From Raja brachyura (taxonomy: Eukaryota): a stretch of DNA of 64,000 nucleotides. Shown here piece by piece: positions 51,701 through 62,432 of this stretch. The notes beneath the pieces are model-generated. The model saw only the letters and a program-made list of their open reading frames with translations, was not told the origin of the DNA and made no database searches. Positions within the stretch are counted from its first letter, which is position 1; each line of letters starts with the position of its first letter. Position numbers and translations under genes: made by a program. The stretch is from the NCBI GenBank assembly GCA_963514005.1, contig OY740808.1:14384001-14448000 (forward strand), written 5' to 3'.

Positions 51701-54700
51701 GACATCCTCCTTGGCATGAATGCAAATTGCACTTCAGTTGACTACACTGGTGGCATGTTCAGCACATGTTCCCAAGAACAACAGATCTTACAAAATCACT
51801 GCCAAGATGGGTCAATACAGTATTTTATCTGCATGATATAGAGATGTATTACCACTGTGCTACTGGCAGCACCTTGGGGAGGTTTCAGCTCACCAGCAGT
51901 GCTCCTGCACCAATGAAACAGTTATCTTATCACCATCTGGTTCGGTATGGAGAGAACCACCAGGAATGTACATCGGCTGCCTGAGGGCTAGGGTGAGCAG
52001 CATGGCCATTTACTCTTGCGAAGGAGCAGCATGGCCATTCACTCTTGAGACACAGGTTGAGGGTTGCATCAGTCAAGTATGGTGTGACCATGATTGAAAT
52101 TTGTTACATAGAGATTTGGCCTTGTTGGGGAGAGCCAAGAAAATAGAGGGAGAGGCATCAGCTCCATCACATCAGGATGACGAGAAAGACTGCAGGACCC
52201 CAGCAGTCTGCTCAGACATGGTGCTGCTGCTGCTGGTTGCCAGCAATGAACCACACTCAGTGTGTCAGTCAGGGTGCAGTCGTGAGCTTCATATCTTAGT
52301 TCTGAGAGGCCATCCTGTTCGTCCTAGTCTGCCTAATACCAGCTGGCACAGCAAGCAACTGGACAGTGATGAGATTGCAGTTTCATTGCTGTGGGGAGTG
52401 CCAGTGGAGGGCAGGGAATTGCAGCAGGTTCCCTCCACTGCACCAGCCTGCGCAGACGTCCGTTTTAACTTATGGCGGAATACATCTCTAAGTGTTTGGC
52501 CAAGAACACTATAATAAATCAGCACTCTGCAGGGTAGCACTAAGCTGGATACTGCTCCCCTCGAAAACTGTCCCTCTCATCTAACTTGGGGGAGATATTG
52601 AACAATTTCTTTTCTTCGGTATTCACCAAGGAGAAGGATATTGAATTATGTGAGGTAAGGGAAACTAGTAGAGTAGCTATGGATACTATGAGTTTCAAAG
52701 TAAAAGAAGTACTGGCACTTTTGAAAAATATAAAAGTGGATAAGTCTCCAGGTCCTGACAGGATATTCCCTAGGACACTGAGGGAAGTTAGTGTAGAAAT
52801 AGCCGGGGCTATGACAGAAATATTTCAAATGTCATTAGAAACTGGAATAGTCCCCGAGGATTGGCGTACTGCGCATGTTGTTCCATTGTTTAAAAAGGGT
52901 TCTAAAAGTAAACCTAGCAATTATAGACCGGTTAGTTTGACTTCAGTGGTGGGCAAATTAATGGAAAAGATACTTAGAGATAATATATATAAGTATCTGG
53001 ATAAAGAGGGTCTAATTAGGAACAGTCAACATGGATTTATGCCTGGAAGGTCATATTTGACTAATCTTCTTGAATTTTTTGAAGAGGTTACTAGGGAAAT
53101 TGACGAGGGTAAAGCAGTGGATGTTGTCTATATGGACTTCAGTAAGGCCTTTGACAAGGTTCCTCATGGAAGGTTGGTTAAGAAGGTTCAACTGTTGGGT
53201 GTAAATGCAGGAATAGCAAGATGGATTCAACAGTGGCTGAATGGGAGAAGCCAGCGGGTAATGGTGGATGGCTGTTTGTCGGGTTGGAGGCAGGTGACTA
53301 GTGGGGTGCCTCAGGGATCTGTGTTGGGTCCTTTGTTGTTTGTCATGTACATCAATGATCTGGATGAAGGGGTGGTAAATTGGATTAGTAAGTATGCAGA
53401 TGATACCAAGATAGGGGGTGTTGTGGATAATGAAGAGGATTTCCAAAGTCTACAGAGTGATTTAGGCCAGTTGGAAAAATGGGCTGAAAGATGGCAGATG
53501 GAGTTTAATGCTGATAAATGTGAGGTGCTACACCTTGGCAGGACAAATCAAAATAGGACGTACATGGTAAACGGTAGGGAATTGAAGAACACAGTTGAAC
53601 AGAGGGATCTGGGAATAACCGTGCATAGTTCCTTGAAGGTAGAATCTCATATAGATAGGGTGGTAAAGAAAGCTTTTGGTATGCTAGCCTTTATAAATCA
53701 GAGCATTGAGTATAGAAGCTGGGATGTAATGTTAAAATTGTACAAGGCGTTGGTGAGACCAAATCTGGAGTATGGTGTACAATTTTGGTCGCCCAATTAT
53801 AGGAAGGATGTCAACAAAATAGAGAGGGTACAGAGGAGATTTACTAGAATGTTGCCTGGGTTTCAACAGCTAAGTTACAGAGATAGGTTGAATAAGTTAG
53901 GTCTTTATTCTCTGGAGCGCAGAAGGTTAAGGGGTGACTTGATAGAGGTCTTTAAAATGATGAGAGGGATAGACAGAGTTAATGTGGACAAGCTTTTCCC
54001 TTTGAGAATAGGGAAGATTCAAACAAGAGGACATGACTTTAGAATTAAGGGACAGAGGTTTAGGGGTAACATGAGGGGGAACTTCTTTACTCAGAGAGTG
54101 GTAGCGGTGTGGAATGAGCTTCCAGTGGAAGTGGTGGCGACAGGTTCGTTGGTATCATTTAAAAATAAATTGGATAGGCATATGGATGAGAAGGGTATGG
54201 AGGGTTATGGTATGAGTGCAGGCAGGTGGGACTAAGGGAAAAAAGTTGTTCGGCACGGACTTGAAGGGCCGAGATGGCCTGTTTCCGTGCTGTAATTGTT
54301 ATATGGTTAACCTGACTACATTGTATTGGCTTTTATCCTTATCGAAATTAGACCCAGACTGCCAGAGCTTTGCACCCTCACCATTACCTCTGGCCTCCCT
54401 TCCCATTACTTGTTTATATGTCATACTTTGCAATATTTGCTGAAAATCAGGTATCCGTTGCCCACATTTGTTCAGGACAGTTTGCCATCATCCATCTGGA
54501 CTACCACCCTCCCATGCTCTGTCACTAATTTGTTCTATTCTGTCCAAAGTTTAGGCCTGGATGAGTAGAGTTGTCTTCAAATACATATTAAAAAGATAAA
54601 AGCCAGTTTTTCCAGTCCATGACAAAAACTCAATCGTCAATCCGAGGGATCAAATCCTTTGATTTAATCCCTCGGTTGTCACTTGCCTGGTTCCATCTTG

Positions 54701-56853
54701 GTTCCATTACAAATTCATATTCAGCATACAAGTACTTATCCATCCCCCCTGTAGACACCATTGTTACAGTTCCATCTTTGCCTCTCCTTGGCATTTAAAC
54801 ATGGTTCTGGTCATTTGTCTGAATGAAGCCTTAAGATTCTCAATGATAAATATTATTGATAATGCATCAGTGAAGTTGCATTGGAATGTTTTTCTACATT
54901 AAAAGTTCTGCACAATTGCACATTGCTGAGAGGAGCAAGAGCAACCTGGTTATGAGGCTGAGTCACCATTACTGGTACTTACATCAATTTCTCTTTCAGC
55001 ATACTTACTGCTCTTATAAGCTACTTCCCACTGTCCCTCTAGCGAGGTGTGGCTTCTGTTTGTTATCGTGTACTGATAGCCAACCCAGAACCTGTGAAGA
55101 AACAATTTATCAGGTGGATAATAAATACGTAGTTGCCAATAAGAAAGCTGTACCAAACATTGACATCAAAAAGCAAGTTCACACAAAATCTTCTCACTGC
55201 TTTTACTCTGTCAACTTCTCTTTTGCCCCACCTATTCTTCTCTCATTGCCTCCACACACACACACACGCTCACTTCCTGGGTTTCCTCATTCCTTCCCTC
55301 TACCACCATGCCACCCACCACTCCCACATTCTTACCTGCGTTGGTCCTTGCGACTCAATGGCCGTTCCTCTAGGTCCCATTCTTCAGCTAGTATGAAGCG
55401 CAGCTCTTGATCAGTAGTGAATGTAGCCAACGATCCATTCACTCGTTGACATGTTTGGACAGCATTCCAGTAGTCCTCACTATTCAAATACACTCGGTAA
55501 CAACTCGCTGTCCCCTCATAGTGATGCCAGCCTGTTGGACACTTACCTGCCAACAAGACCAATTGTCAGCATTAATTCTGAAGTATGACTAAATGCAGGC
55601 AACTAAATGTAAAAGGTACATCTTATGTATGTCCACAAAATCTTATGTTATTTTGCAAGAGAGAACCCAGAATATAAACCTAATTGGATTGTTAACAAAA
55701 AAATAAATGGCGGAAGAAAATCTATTATTTCCCCTCGCCTAGAAGACTCCAGACTAACATTGTGATGTCACTTCAAAGGGATTGACAGGATACTCACTTT
55801 GTTAATGAGAGGGAGGTAGCAAATGACAGCCTTGCCAGCAATTGTCACATCCTGGAAATGAACAAGTGAAACAGAATTCGTCTATGACCCTGCATTGGCT
55901 CTTCAGAAGAGTATCCCGAGAGTCACACAGCACTGCTCTTTCCTCACACCTCGTGATGGATTCATGTATTTAACCCAACTCCCCGTCAAGCAATTCAAGA
56001 CCATCTGCTGAATGAAGCATGTTCCCATTTGTTACTTCTCACTCTACAGCCAATCAGCGCAATGCTACGTCCCAGATTATCGATGCTTTGAGTAAATAAA
56101 GAAACCTTACTTAATCCAATCATGTGAAAAATCACCACACAACCTTACATAAGGCAAAGCAGATATACTATTGCGTAACACTGGCATAGAATACAAGAGC
56201 GTTTTTCTATGAAATTAACACCTATAAAGCAGCTTTGCAAAATGTAAGTGCATAATACTGGTAGAAACAATATAATACAAATAACAAGAAATAACAAGGG
56301 ACATGTTATTCTTGATCAGAATTACTCAACCTGGGGCAGGACCCAGTTTACCAGTTGGACAGATCAGGAACTGAATCAGAGAACTTATTCTGTAAACCTG
56401 CAAGGTTTTTGGAACATATATGAAAGAGTTGGCCCTCTCATTATCTGCACCCCAATGTCCAGCAGCATCTTCAGGAATTCTACTGGTGGTATAATTATTG
56501 TCAACACAGAGGAATGATACCTCAAGATATACTTTTGCAGTAAAACTTTGGAACTAAGAATTGTGATTTAACTCTACAATGCTGTCATACTTTGCCAGTG
56601 AAGCAACCCCCTTAACACAAACCTTTGCTTGGTAGGATTCTCTTAACAACAAAACTGGTAAAAAGCTGCTGTAATCTGACTTTTGAAGAGCTTGTTCAAA
56701 CATCAAGATAGTGGAACTGCAACTTACGGGTGAACTGGAAGGGCTGAGCCACATTGATCGGGTAGAAGCGGGTGTCCTCGGCAGTTCTGCCACGCACCTG
56801 TTTCAGGTCAGTAGTTTCCTTTGTGTGGTGCCCGCGGTGATCACCAATCACTC
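39503..56853 (-). CDS. DGCR2: Integral membrane protein DGCR2/IDD, exons 3-10: complement(join(39503..39720,42480..42719,46193..46345,47581..47784,50746..50928,55009..55091,55336..55546,56728..56853)); 5'-partial
   Basis: C-type lectin [19 protein letters not shown]...CAQLQC...[16 protein letters not shown]; [31 protein letters not shown]; [23 protein letters not shown]; two PPPPY motifs; C-terminal NTVV. All junctions are GT-AG and in phase. Confidence 0.97.
40370..42365. mobile_element. Two GC-rich non-coding retroposon-like repeats (about 40370-40980 on +, about 41560-42365 on -); related piece at about 61620-61945
   Basis: Shared blocks GAAGATGACTGAAC..ACAGTGAGGAAT..TGTGGTGGATGTT and an AATAAA-type 3' end across copies; family unassigned. 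Confidence 0.6.
42480..42719 (-). CDS. DGCR2: DGCR2 exon 9 (PPPPY motifs)
   Basis: cacag|TGCAT ... CCAG|gtgggt; 240 nt. Confidence 0.95.
43430..44500 (-). mobile_element. Old CR1-like fragment
   Basis: Degenerate reverse complement of the CR1 RT end and 3'UTR. Confidence 0.65.
46193..46345 (-). CDS. DGCR2: DGCR2 exon 8 (transmembrane helix)
   Basis: cacag|ATGGC ... AACT|gtaagt; 153 nt. Confidence 0.96.
47581..47784 (-). CDS. DGCR2: DGCR2 exon 7 (VWFC domain)
   Basis: ttccag|GCCAAACC ... CCAG|gtaaag; 204 nt. Confidence 0.96.
47955..48322 (-). mobile_element. Penelope-like 3' terminal fragment
   Basis: Reverse-complement similarity to 58545-58960, including the [10 protein letters not shown] coding end and the hammerhead-like motif. 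Confidence 0.85.
48325..48690 (-). mobile_element. CR1 RT fragment
   Basis: [23 protein letters not shown]. Confidence 0.8.
50746..50928 (-). CDS. DGCR2: DGCR2 exon 6 (STEVFLPP...SAFLCKR)
   Basis: ctccag|GTTCC ... AGAA|gtgagt; 183 nt. Confidence 0.95.
52586..54310 (+). mobile_element. Young 5'-truncated CR1/HER1-like LINE; uninterrupted 549-codon ORF2 portion (RT) plus 3'UTR; antisense in DGCR2 intron 5
   Basis: [63 protein letters not shown]; no stops; endonuclease domain absent. Confidence 0.96.
55009..55091 (-). CDS. DGCR2: DGCR2 exon 5 ([27 protein letters not shown])
   Basis: cacag|GTTCTGG ... AGCA|gtaagt; 83 nt. Confidence 0.93.
55336..55546 (-). CDS. DGCR2: DGCR2 exon 4 (C-type lectin start)
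   Basis: ggcag|GTAAGTGT ... CGCAG|gtaaga; 211 nt. Confidence 0.95.
56728..56853 (-). CDS. DGCR2: DGCR2 exon 3 ([12 protein letters not shown]...[10 protein letters not shown])
   Basis: ctactag|GAGTG ... ACCC|gtaagt; 126 nt; NVAQP motif. Confidence 0.9.
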
Positions 56854-57979
56854 CTAGTAGGTAGACAGTAGGTAAGAGTATGACAAGCTGCACTCACTCC
56901 CTGCAGCTACATAACCAAACAGCATTTCACTCATGCAATATTTGGAATGATAAAGGGAAAAGGCCATGGGAGGATTTGAAAAGCTGGATGATTACTTTCA
57001 TGCCACAAATGTTCTCTTCACCTAGCAAAATAGCCAACGGACCACTTGCATCTTAAATGAAGGCCACACAATTTTCCTTCCCACCTGTCTGAGTTTGTCC
57101 TTGGGAATAGCTTCTTTAATGTTTCTTTAATTTCCTCCACATGGTTTGCTATGGGTTATTTGTGGAATACAAGAGCATTCTTGGCTTTACGGTCGTTCAG
57201 GTGCCCACCATCTCTTTAGCCAGTACACTGTTGACCCTGCCAGCACCCTTTAGTTTCACTATCATGTTGTACTTTATCAATCATCTTCTAAAAGTCACAC
57301 CATATCAACATCATCTTGCCAGCTCTCCCCAATACATGCAACAACTCTTATCGTTAAACACATGCTTAAAAAAAAATTAATTCTGCATGTTATTGATTAC
57401 CCCAATATCTCCCCCCACTATAACCGCGTACGGTATTATCATTGTATAGGTAGTAGAAATAGACAACAGCACGTGCTGGTTAATACACAAAAGGACACAA
57501 CGTGCTGGAGTAACTCAGCAGGTCAAGCAGCATCTCTAGAGAACATGGATAGGTGATGTTTCAAGTCGGGACCCTTCTTCAGAACTGGGCCTTGAATCCA
57601 GATGAGTTGACAGCCCCAGCCTGCTGGCGGTCAGGGGTGAGGAGAGGAGCGGCGGACTCAATGGGCGCGAGCTGGAGTGCAGGTAAAGGTCAGTGGTGGT
57701 GGTGGCAGGTGTGGCCAGAAAATGGCAAAGGAAGCAGTGTGGGTCAGCAGTGGCGGCAGAAGGTCCGACCTGGAAGCGACGTAGGTTGGCGATGGCGTGA
57801 GCAACCAGGGCTGTAAGCGGCCCGGGAGGTGGCACAAGCTGTGGGGTAGTGTGGGCGGCTGGGGAGGTAGCACGAACCAGGGATGGCATTGGCAGCTGTC
57901 GGTAGGAGCACCCACTATAACCAGAATTACATAAAAACGAAGGTTTACTGTATTATGAACCAAACAAATTGTATAATAT

Positions 57980-58995
57980 GGGTCTCCTCCATACCCCGCA
58001 ACACTGCCCTCTCTCCCCATTCCCCCACTCACAACAAGGGCAGAGTCCCCCTGATCCTCACCTTTCACCCCACCAGCCGGCACATACAACACATAGTCCT
58101 CCGCCAGTTTCGCCACCTCTTTGCGGAAGGCACCCCGTCTGCCTTCCGCAAAGACCGCTCCCTCCGCAACTCCCTTGTCAATTCTTCCCTTCCCTCCCGC
58201 TCCACCCCTTCCCTGGGCACTTTCCCTTGCAACCGCAAGAGATGCTACACTTGTCCCTTCACCTCCCCCATCCACTCCTTTCAGGGACCCAAGCAGTCCT
58301 TCCAAGTCCGACGGAGGTTCACCTGCACCTCCTCCAACCTCATCTACTGCATCCGCTGCTCCAGATGCCAGCTGATCTATATCGGTGAGACCAAGCGGTG
58401 GCTTGGCGATCGTTTTTAGCCGAACACCTCCGCTCGGTCCGCAATAACCAACCCGACCTCCCGATGGCTCAGCACTTCAACTCCCCTTCCCATTCCGTAT
58501 CCGACCTCTCGGTCCTGGGCCTCCTCCACGGCCAGAGTGAGCAACACCGCAAGTTGGAGGAACAGCACCTCATATTCCGCTTGGGGAGTCTGCATTCTCT
58601 GGGCTTAAACATTGAATTTTCTCAATTCTGCTAACCCTGGCTGTCTCCTCCCCTTCCCACCTCTCCCTCAGCCCTCGGGCCCTGGCATTCCTTCTCTCTC
58701 TATCTCTCCCCCACCCAAGTCGCATTAGCTTCTCATTTTCACACTACAAACAGCTTACAATGGCCTGTTTCCTTTATCATCGATACTTTTTTGCATATCT
58801 TTCATTCATTGTTCTTTATCTCTCCACATCACCGTCTATATCTCTCGTTTCCCTGATCCCTAACCAGTTTGAAGAAGGGTCTCGACCCGAAACGTCGCCT
58901 ATCTCCTTCGCTCCTTAGATGCTGCTGTACCTGCTGAGTTTCTCCAGCCTTTTGTGTACCCTCGATTCTCCAGCATCTGCAGTTCCTTCTTTAAC
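57980..58995 (+). mobile_element. Penelope-like element 3' part: GIY-YIG endonuclease (frameshift near 58415) and terminal region with hammerhead-like motif
   Basis: RVPLILTFHP, CNRKRCYTC, NLIYCIRCSRCQLIYIGETKR, EH, HFN, EQHLIFRLG..GLN; TTGAAGAAGGGTCTCGACCCGAAACGTC at 58869-58896. Confidence 0.93.
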
Positions 58996-60499
58996 AAATT
59001 GTATGATAACACTGTTACTGGTTCACAGCTCATGTAAATCAGTTCAATTCTGACCATTAGCTTGTGGAGACTTTAAATTCTCTCTGTAGTTTTCCTCCCA
59101 CATTTGAAAGACATGCTGGTAGGTTAAACGAACAGTATTAATTGCCCAGGTAGAATGAAAGCGGGGTAATGATGGGAATTGAATGCAAAAGGCATACTTC
59201 CACACTGGTAAAGATAATACATTGCATGGATAGGTTCCTGAGATTTACCAGCTGCTTTTACTGGGAATGAAAGATGGAAATTGAGTAACCATACAACTTG
59301 ATCTCTTTCCCCCGTTTGTCAATTTCCCCATTGATGGGCATGGGAAAGAGTATAACTTGAATGGATACAGGGAAATAAGAGGGGGAAAGTAGATTACTTT
59401 GCTGGGATTTACTATGAACTTTCAATAATCGTAAAATCCAGAACAACAAAACAGAGTCAAAATATTAAGCCTCGTCAACTGCAATACCTGACCGGGTCAA
59501 AAGGATGATTACAAAACCAAGTTATTTTGATTTATTTTGTGTGGCATTTAAAGAGCAGATTAACATTTTATGGCAAAAGGAGTCCATTAAAGAACTCTTC
59601 TATATTTTGAAACAATAATATACAAGTATACATCTCTTTTCAATAACTTGTATAGGCGTATAGTCTTTAATCTATTTAATGTCAGTCTCAAGTTTTTTCC
59701 TGAATGTAATGATTCCAAATAATGATTTGCCTCCCTATACCATTTTGCCACTACATCTTCCCTCAGCACCTCTCATGTTGTTCTTACACTGATCCTGGTT
59801 AGTCTGGTAAACTACCAAATGCTGCCATACCTTAGTCAGGTATCCTCTGGCCATGAAAAAACTGTTCTTTTCTTTGTTAGAGAAGGATCATAGCAACCAC
59901 AAGTAGTAGTATAATAAAATATTTTAACATTAAACCTTTCTTCTAACCCAGTCTAATTTAAACGGATTGAATCTTCCTACTATTCAAGCGTTTTTTTTTT
60001 AAATACATTAATTTGTCCACATGTTCCTCTGTTTTTACTTGTCACTATGTAATGGATTGTCAGGAATGTTGTCGTTTTCACATTATTCTTTCACTTAATG
60101 CACTCATTTTATGTAATTTTATTTGTGATCCAAGCTTCGGTTGCGACAGTCATGGGCCAGTACGGGAAAACACATGCACTTCTGTGCCAAACTTTGATAA
60201 ATGTCAGGAGGTATAGGACTCCTCTACTAACGTCCCCAATAAGCTGACTGATCCAGCAATAGAGCAGAAAGTTCCTGCAATTTCCCAGCAGTGTTTCTGC
60301 AGCGGACTGTTAGATAACAGTCAATTTGATTAAGGCATTTTTCAATGAGGTGAAATTGGAACCATTGGTGGACATGAAAAAAAACTGGAATAAAACAATG
60401 TGGGAACTTTGAACAATGTGGGAACAGATGTTTTATTGTGGCATTTTTAGCCTTAAAAATCACTCCATTCTGAGGTTCCTGCATCAAGGCCACCACCAG

Positions 60500-61585
60500 A
60501 GTCATCCTTGAACAAAAGAAAAGCAAGGTCACGTGCCTTAATGACTTGATGGCTCTGTTATCCACCTTTAAGTACTTTGAGAGGCTTCTCATGGAGCACA
60601 TTAACTCCAATCTCCCAGACAACCTTGATCCACTGAAGTCAGCTTACAGGCGCAAGACGTCCATGGCAGATGCCATTTCCCTGGTCCTGCACTTATCCCT
60701 GTAACATCTGGATAACAAGAACACCTATGCCCGATTCCTATTTTTGACTATAGCTCCACCTTCAACACCACAATTCATATTTAATTCCTGGACCTAGGAT
60801 TCGCTAACCCCCTCTGCATCTGGATCCTACATTTCCTGACTCATGGACTGCAATCAGTAAACGTAGGCGAGAAAACTTTCTCCTCATTAATTCTCAACAC
60901 CCATGCTCTGCAAGGTTGCGTGCTCTGCCCTTTACCATCTTCCCTAAATACTCTTAACTGTGCGGTCAAATTCAACCATTGTGCATAGTGCACATGCCTT
61001 AAGGGCCTGTCCCACCAGTATGCGTTTGCACGCGTCTAGCACGACCAAACGTGGTCGCTTGAGGTATACGGCCTTGCGGGGCCGGTCCAAATTCGAACCG
61101 CGGAGGCCTATGAAGTTGTGCGGGGCTGGTCCTGACATTATACTCACCAATCAGCTGGGCGGGAGGCTGGCCGACTGAATTTGGACGTCGCACGCCGTCG
61201 GGCGGTGACGCCATCACGCAACGGCACGCCGAGCGGTGACGTCATCCGGCAACACAATGGCGTCAAGACGCTGCGTACGACGTCGAGACGCTGCGTACGT
61301 CCTCAATGCGGCTGCAGGCCGACAGGCCGTTGGCGCACAAAATTTTGGACAGTGTCAGTTTTTCGGAGCCAGGACCAGCCCCGCACAACTGTCGGGACCG
61401 GCCCCGCACAACTCCATACGCCTCCGGCGATCGGTGGGACCGGCCCCGCGAGGCCGAACGGCTCAAACGACCACGTTGGGTCGCGCTAGCCGCTGAAGTG
61501 GAGATGGTCGCGAACTTGGTGTTATTTATGCCCAGGAACTTGAAGTTCTCGACCATCTCCACTTCAGCACCATTGATGCAGACTA
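60500..61585 (+). mobile_element. Rex/Babar-like LINE fragment interrupted by a GC-rich palindromic MITE (about 61001-61490) and partly inverted
   Basis: RT-like sequence at 60500-60975 on +; continuation MEMVENFKFLGI on - at 61518-61585; terminus AAGGGCCTGTCCCACCAG at 61001 and 61586. Confidence 0.7.
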
Positions 61586-62305
61586 AAGGGCCTGTCCCAC
61601 CAGCAACTGCAGGAGGTTCGACTAGCCCCGACTAGGGGCAGGCCGGCACGGGGAGCTGAGGTCCCCCCCGATGCGGGAGCTTGATCATCCTCAACCGCCG
61701 ACTACGGGAGCCAAGATCGCCTCGACAATGGAAGGTTCGAGTGCCCCGACCGTGGGAGAACAAAGAAGGGAAGAAGATTGACCTTCTTTTGCCTTCTATT
61801 ACAGTGAGAAATATGGGGGAGTCGCTGTGGTGGATGTCCATGTTAAAAATGTATTTGTTGCTCTTTATTGGTATGACTGTATGGCAAATCAAATTCCTCG
61901 TATGTTGCAAAACATACTTAGCTAATATATTACTATTATGATTATGAATAGGGCTTGTGGCAGAATCAAGGAAGTGTTAATGGATATTTCTGAGAGAATG
62001 GAGGAATAAATAGTGGAATGGGGTGGATCTGAAAACCAGCATACATTTAGTGAGTAACTAACTCCTCTTTTGCAAGGAAATATAGTGCAAATGTAAACTA
62101 GCCAAGTATGAAATGTTAACTGCTAGAGAGACTTTCAGGCTTCCACCAGCCTGTAAAGAATGGTTTTCTTACTTTCTTCCTGAAACTTTTAGCTTGAACT
62201 GTCTCCTGGTTCTAGATTCCCCAAGCTGCAGACCAAAGCATAGCTGGGGAATTCAGCAAGTGATGAACAGAATTAAGTGTGGACTTAGAAAAGGGTGGGA
62301 GATTG

Positions 62306-62432
62306 CAACCTTCACGTGGTCGCCCTGTTTCGACAAATGCAATCAACCCGGCGTGCATAATCAAATAAGATCAAATAGAACAAGTTGCCCGACAACTTTA
62401 GGCTGTGCACGCCATATGCAAGAAGAAGAAGA
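62306..62432 (+). repeat. Short retroposon 3' end with (GAA)n tail; second copy at 250-336
   Basis: AATCAAAT.AGATCAA.TAGAACAAGTTG.CC.ACAACTTTAGGCTGT.CAC.CCATATGCAAGA(GAA)n at both sites. Confidence 0.8.

Noticed and set aside
51996-52050. Short tandem duplication GAGCAGCATGGCCATTYACTCTTG
   Set aside because: A single local intronic duplication with no further structure.
57658-58388. ORFs 57658-58305(-), 57969-58388(+) and 58121-58375(+)
   Set aside because: Shadow frames of the Penelope endonuclease region.
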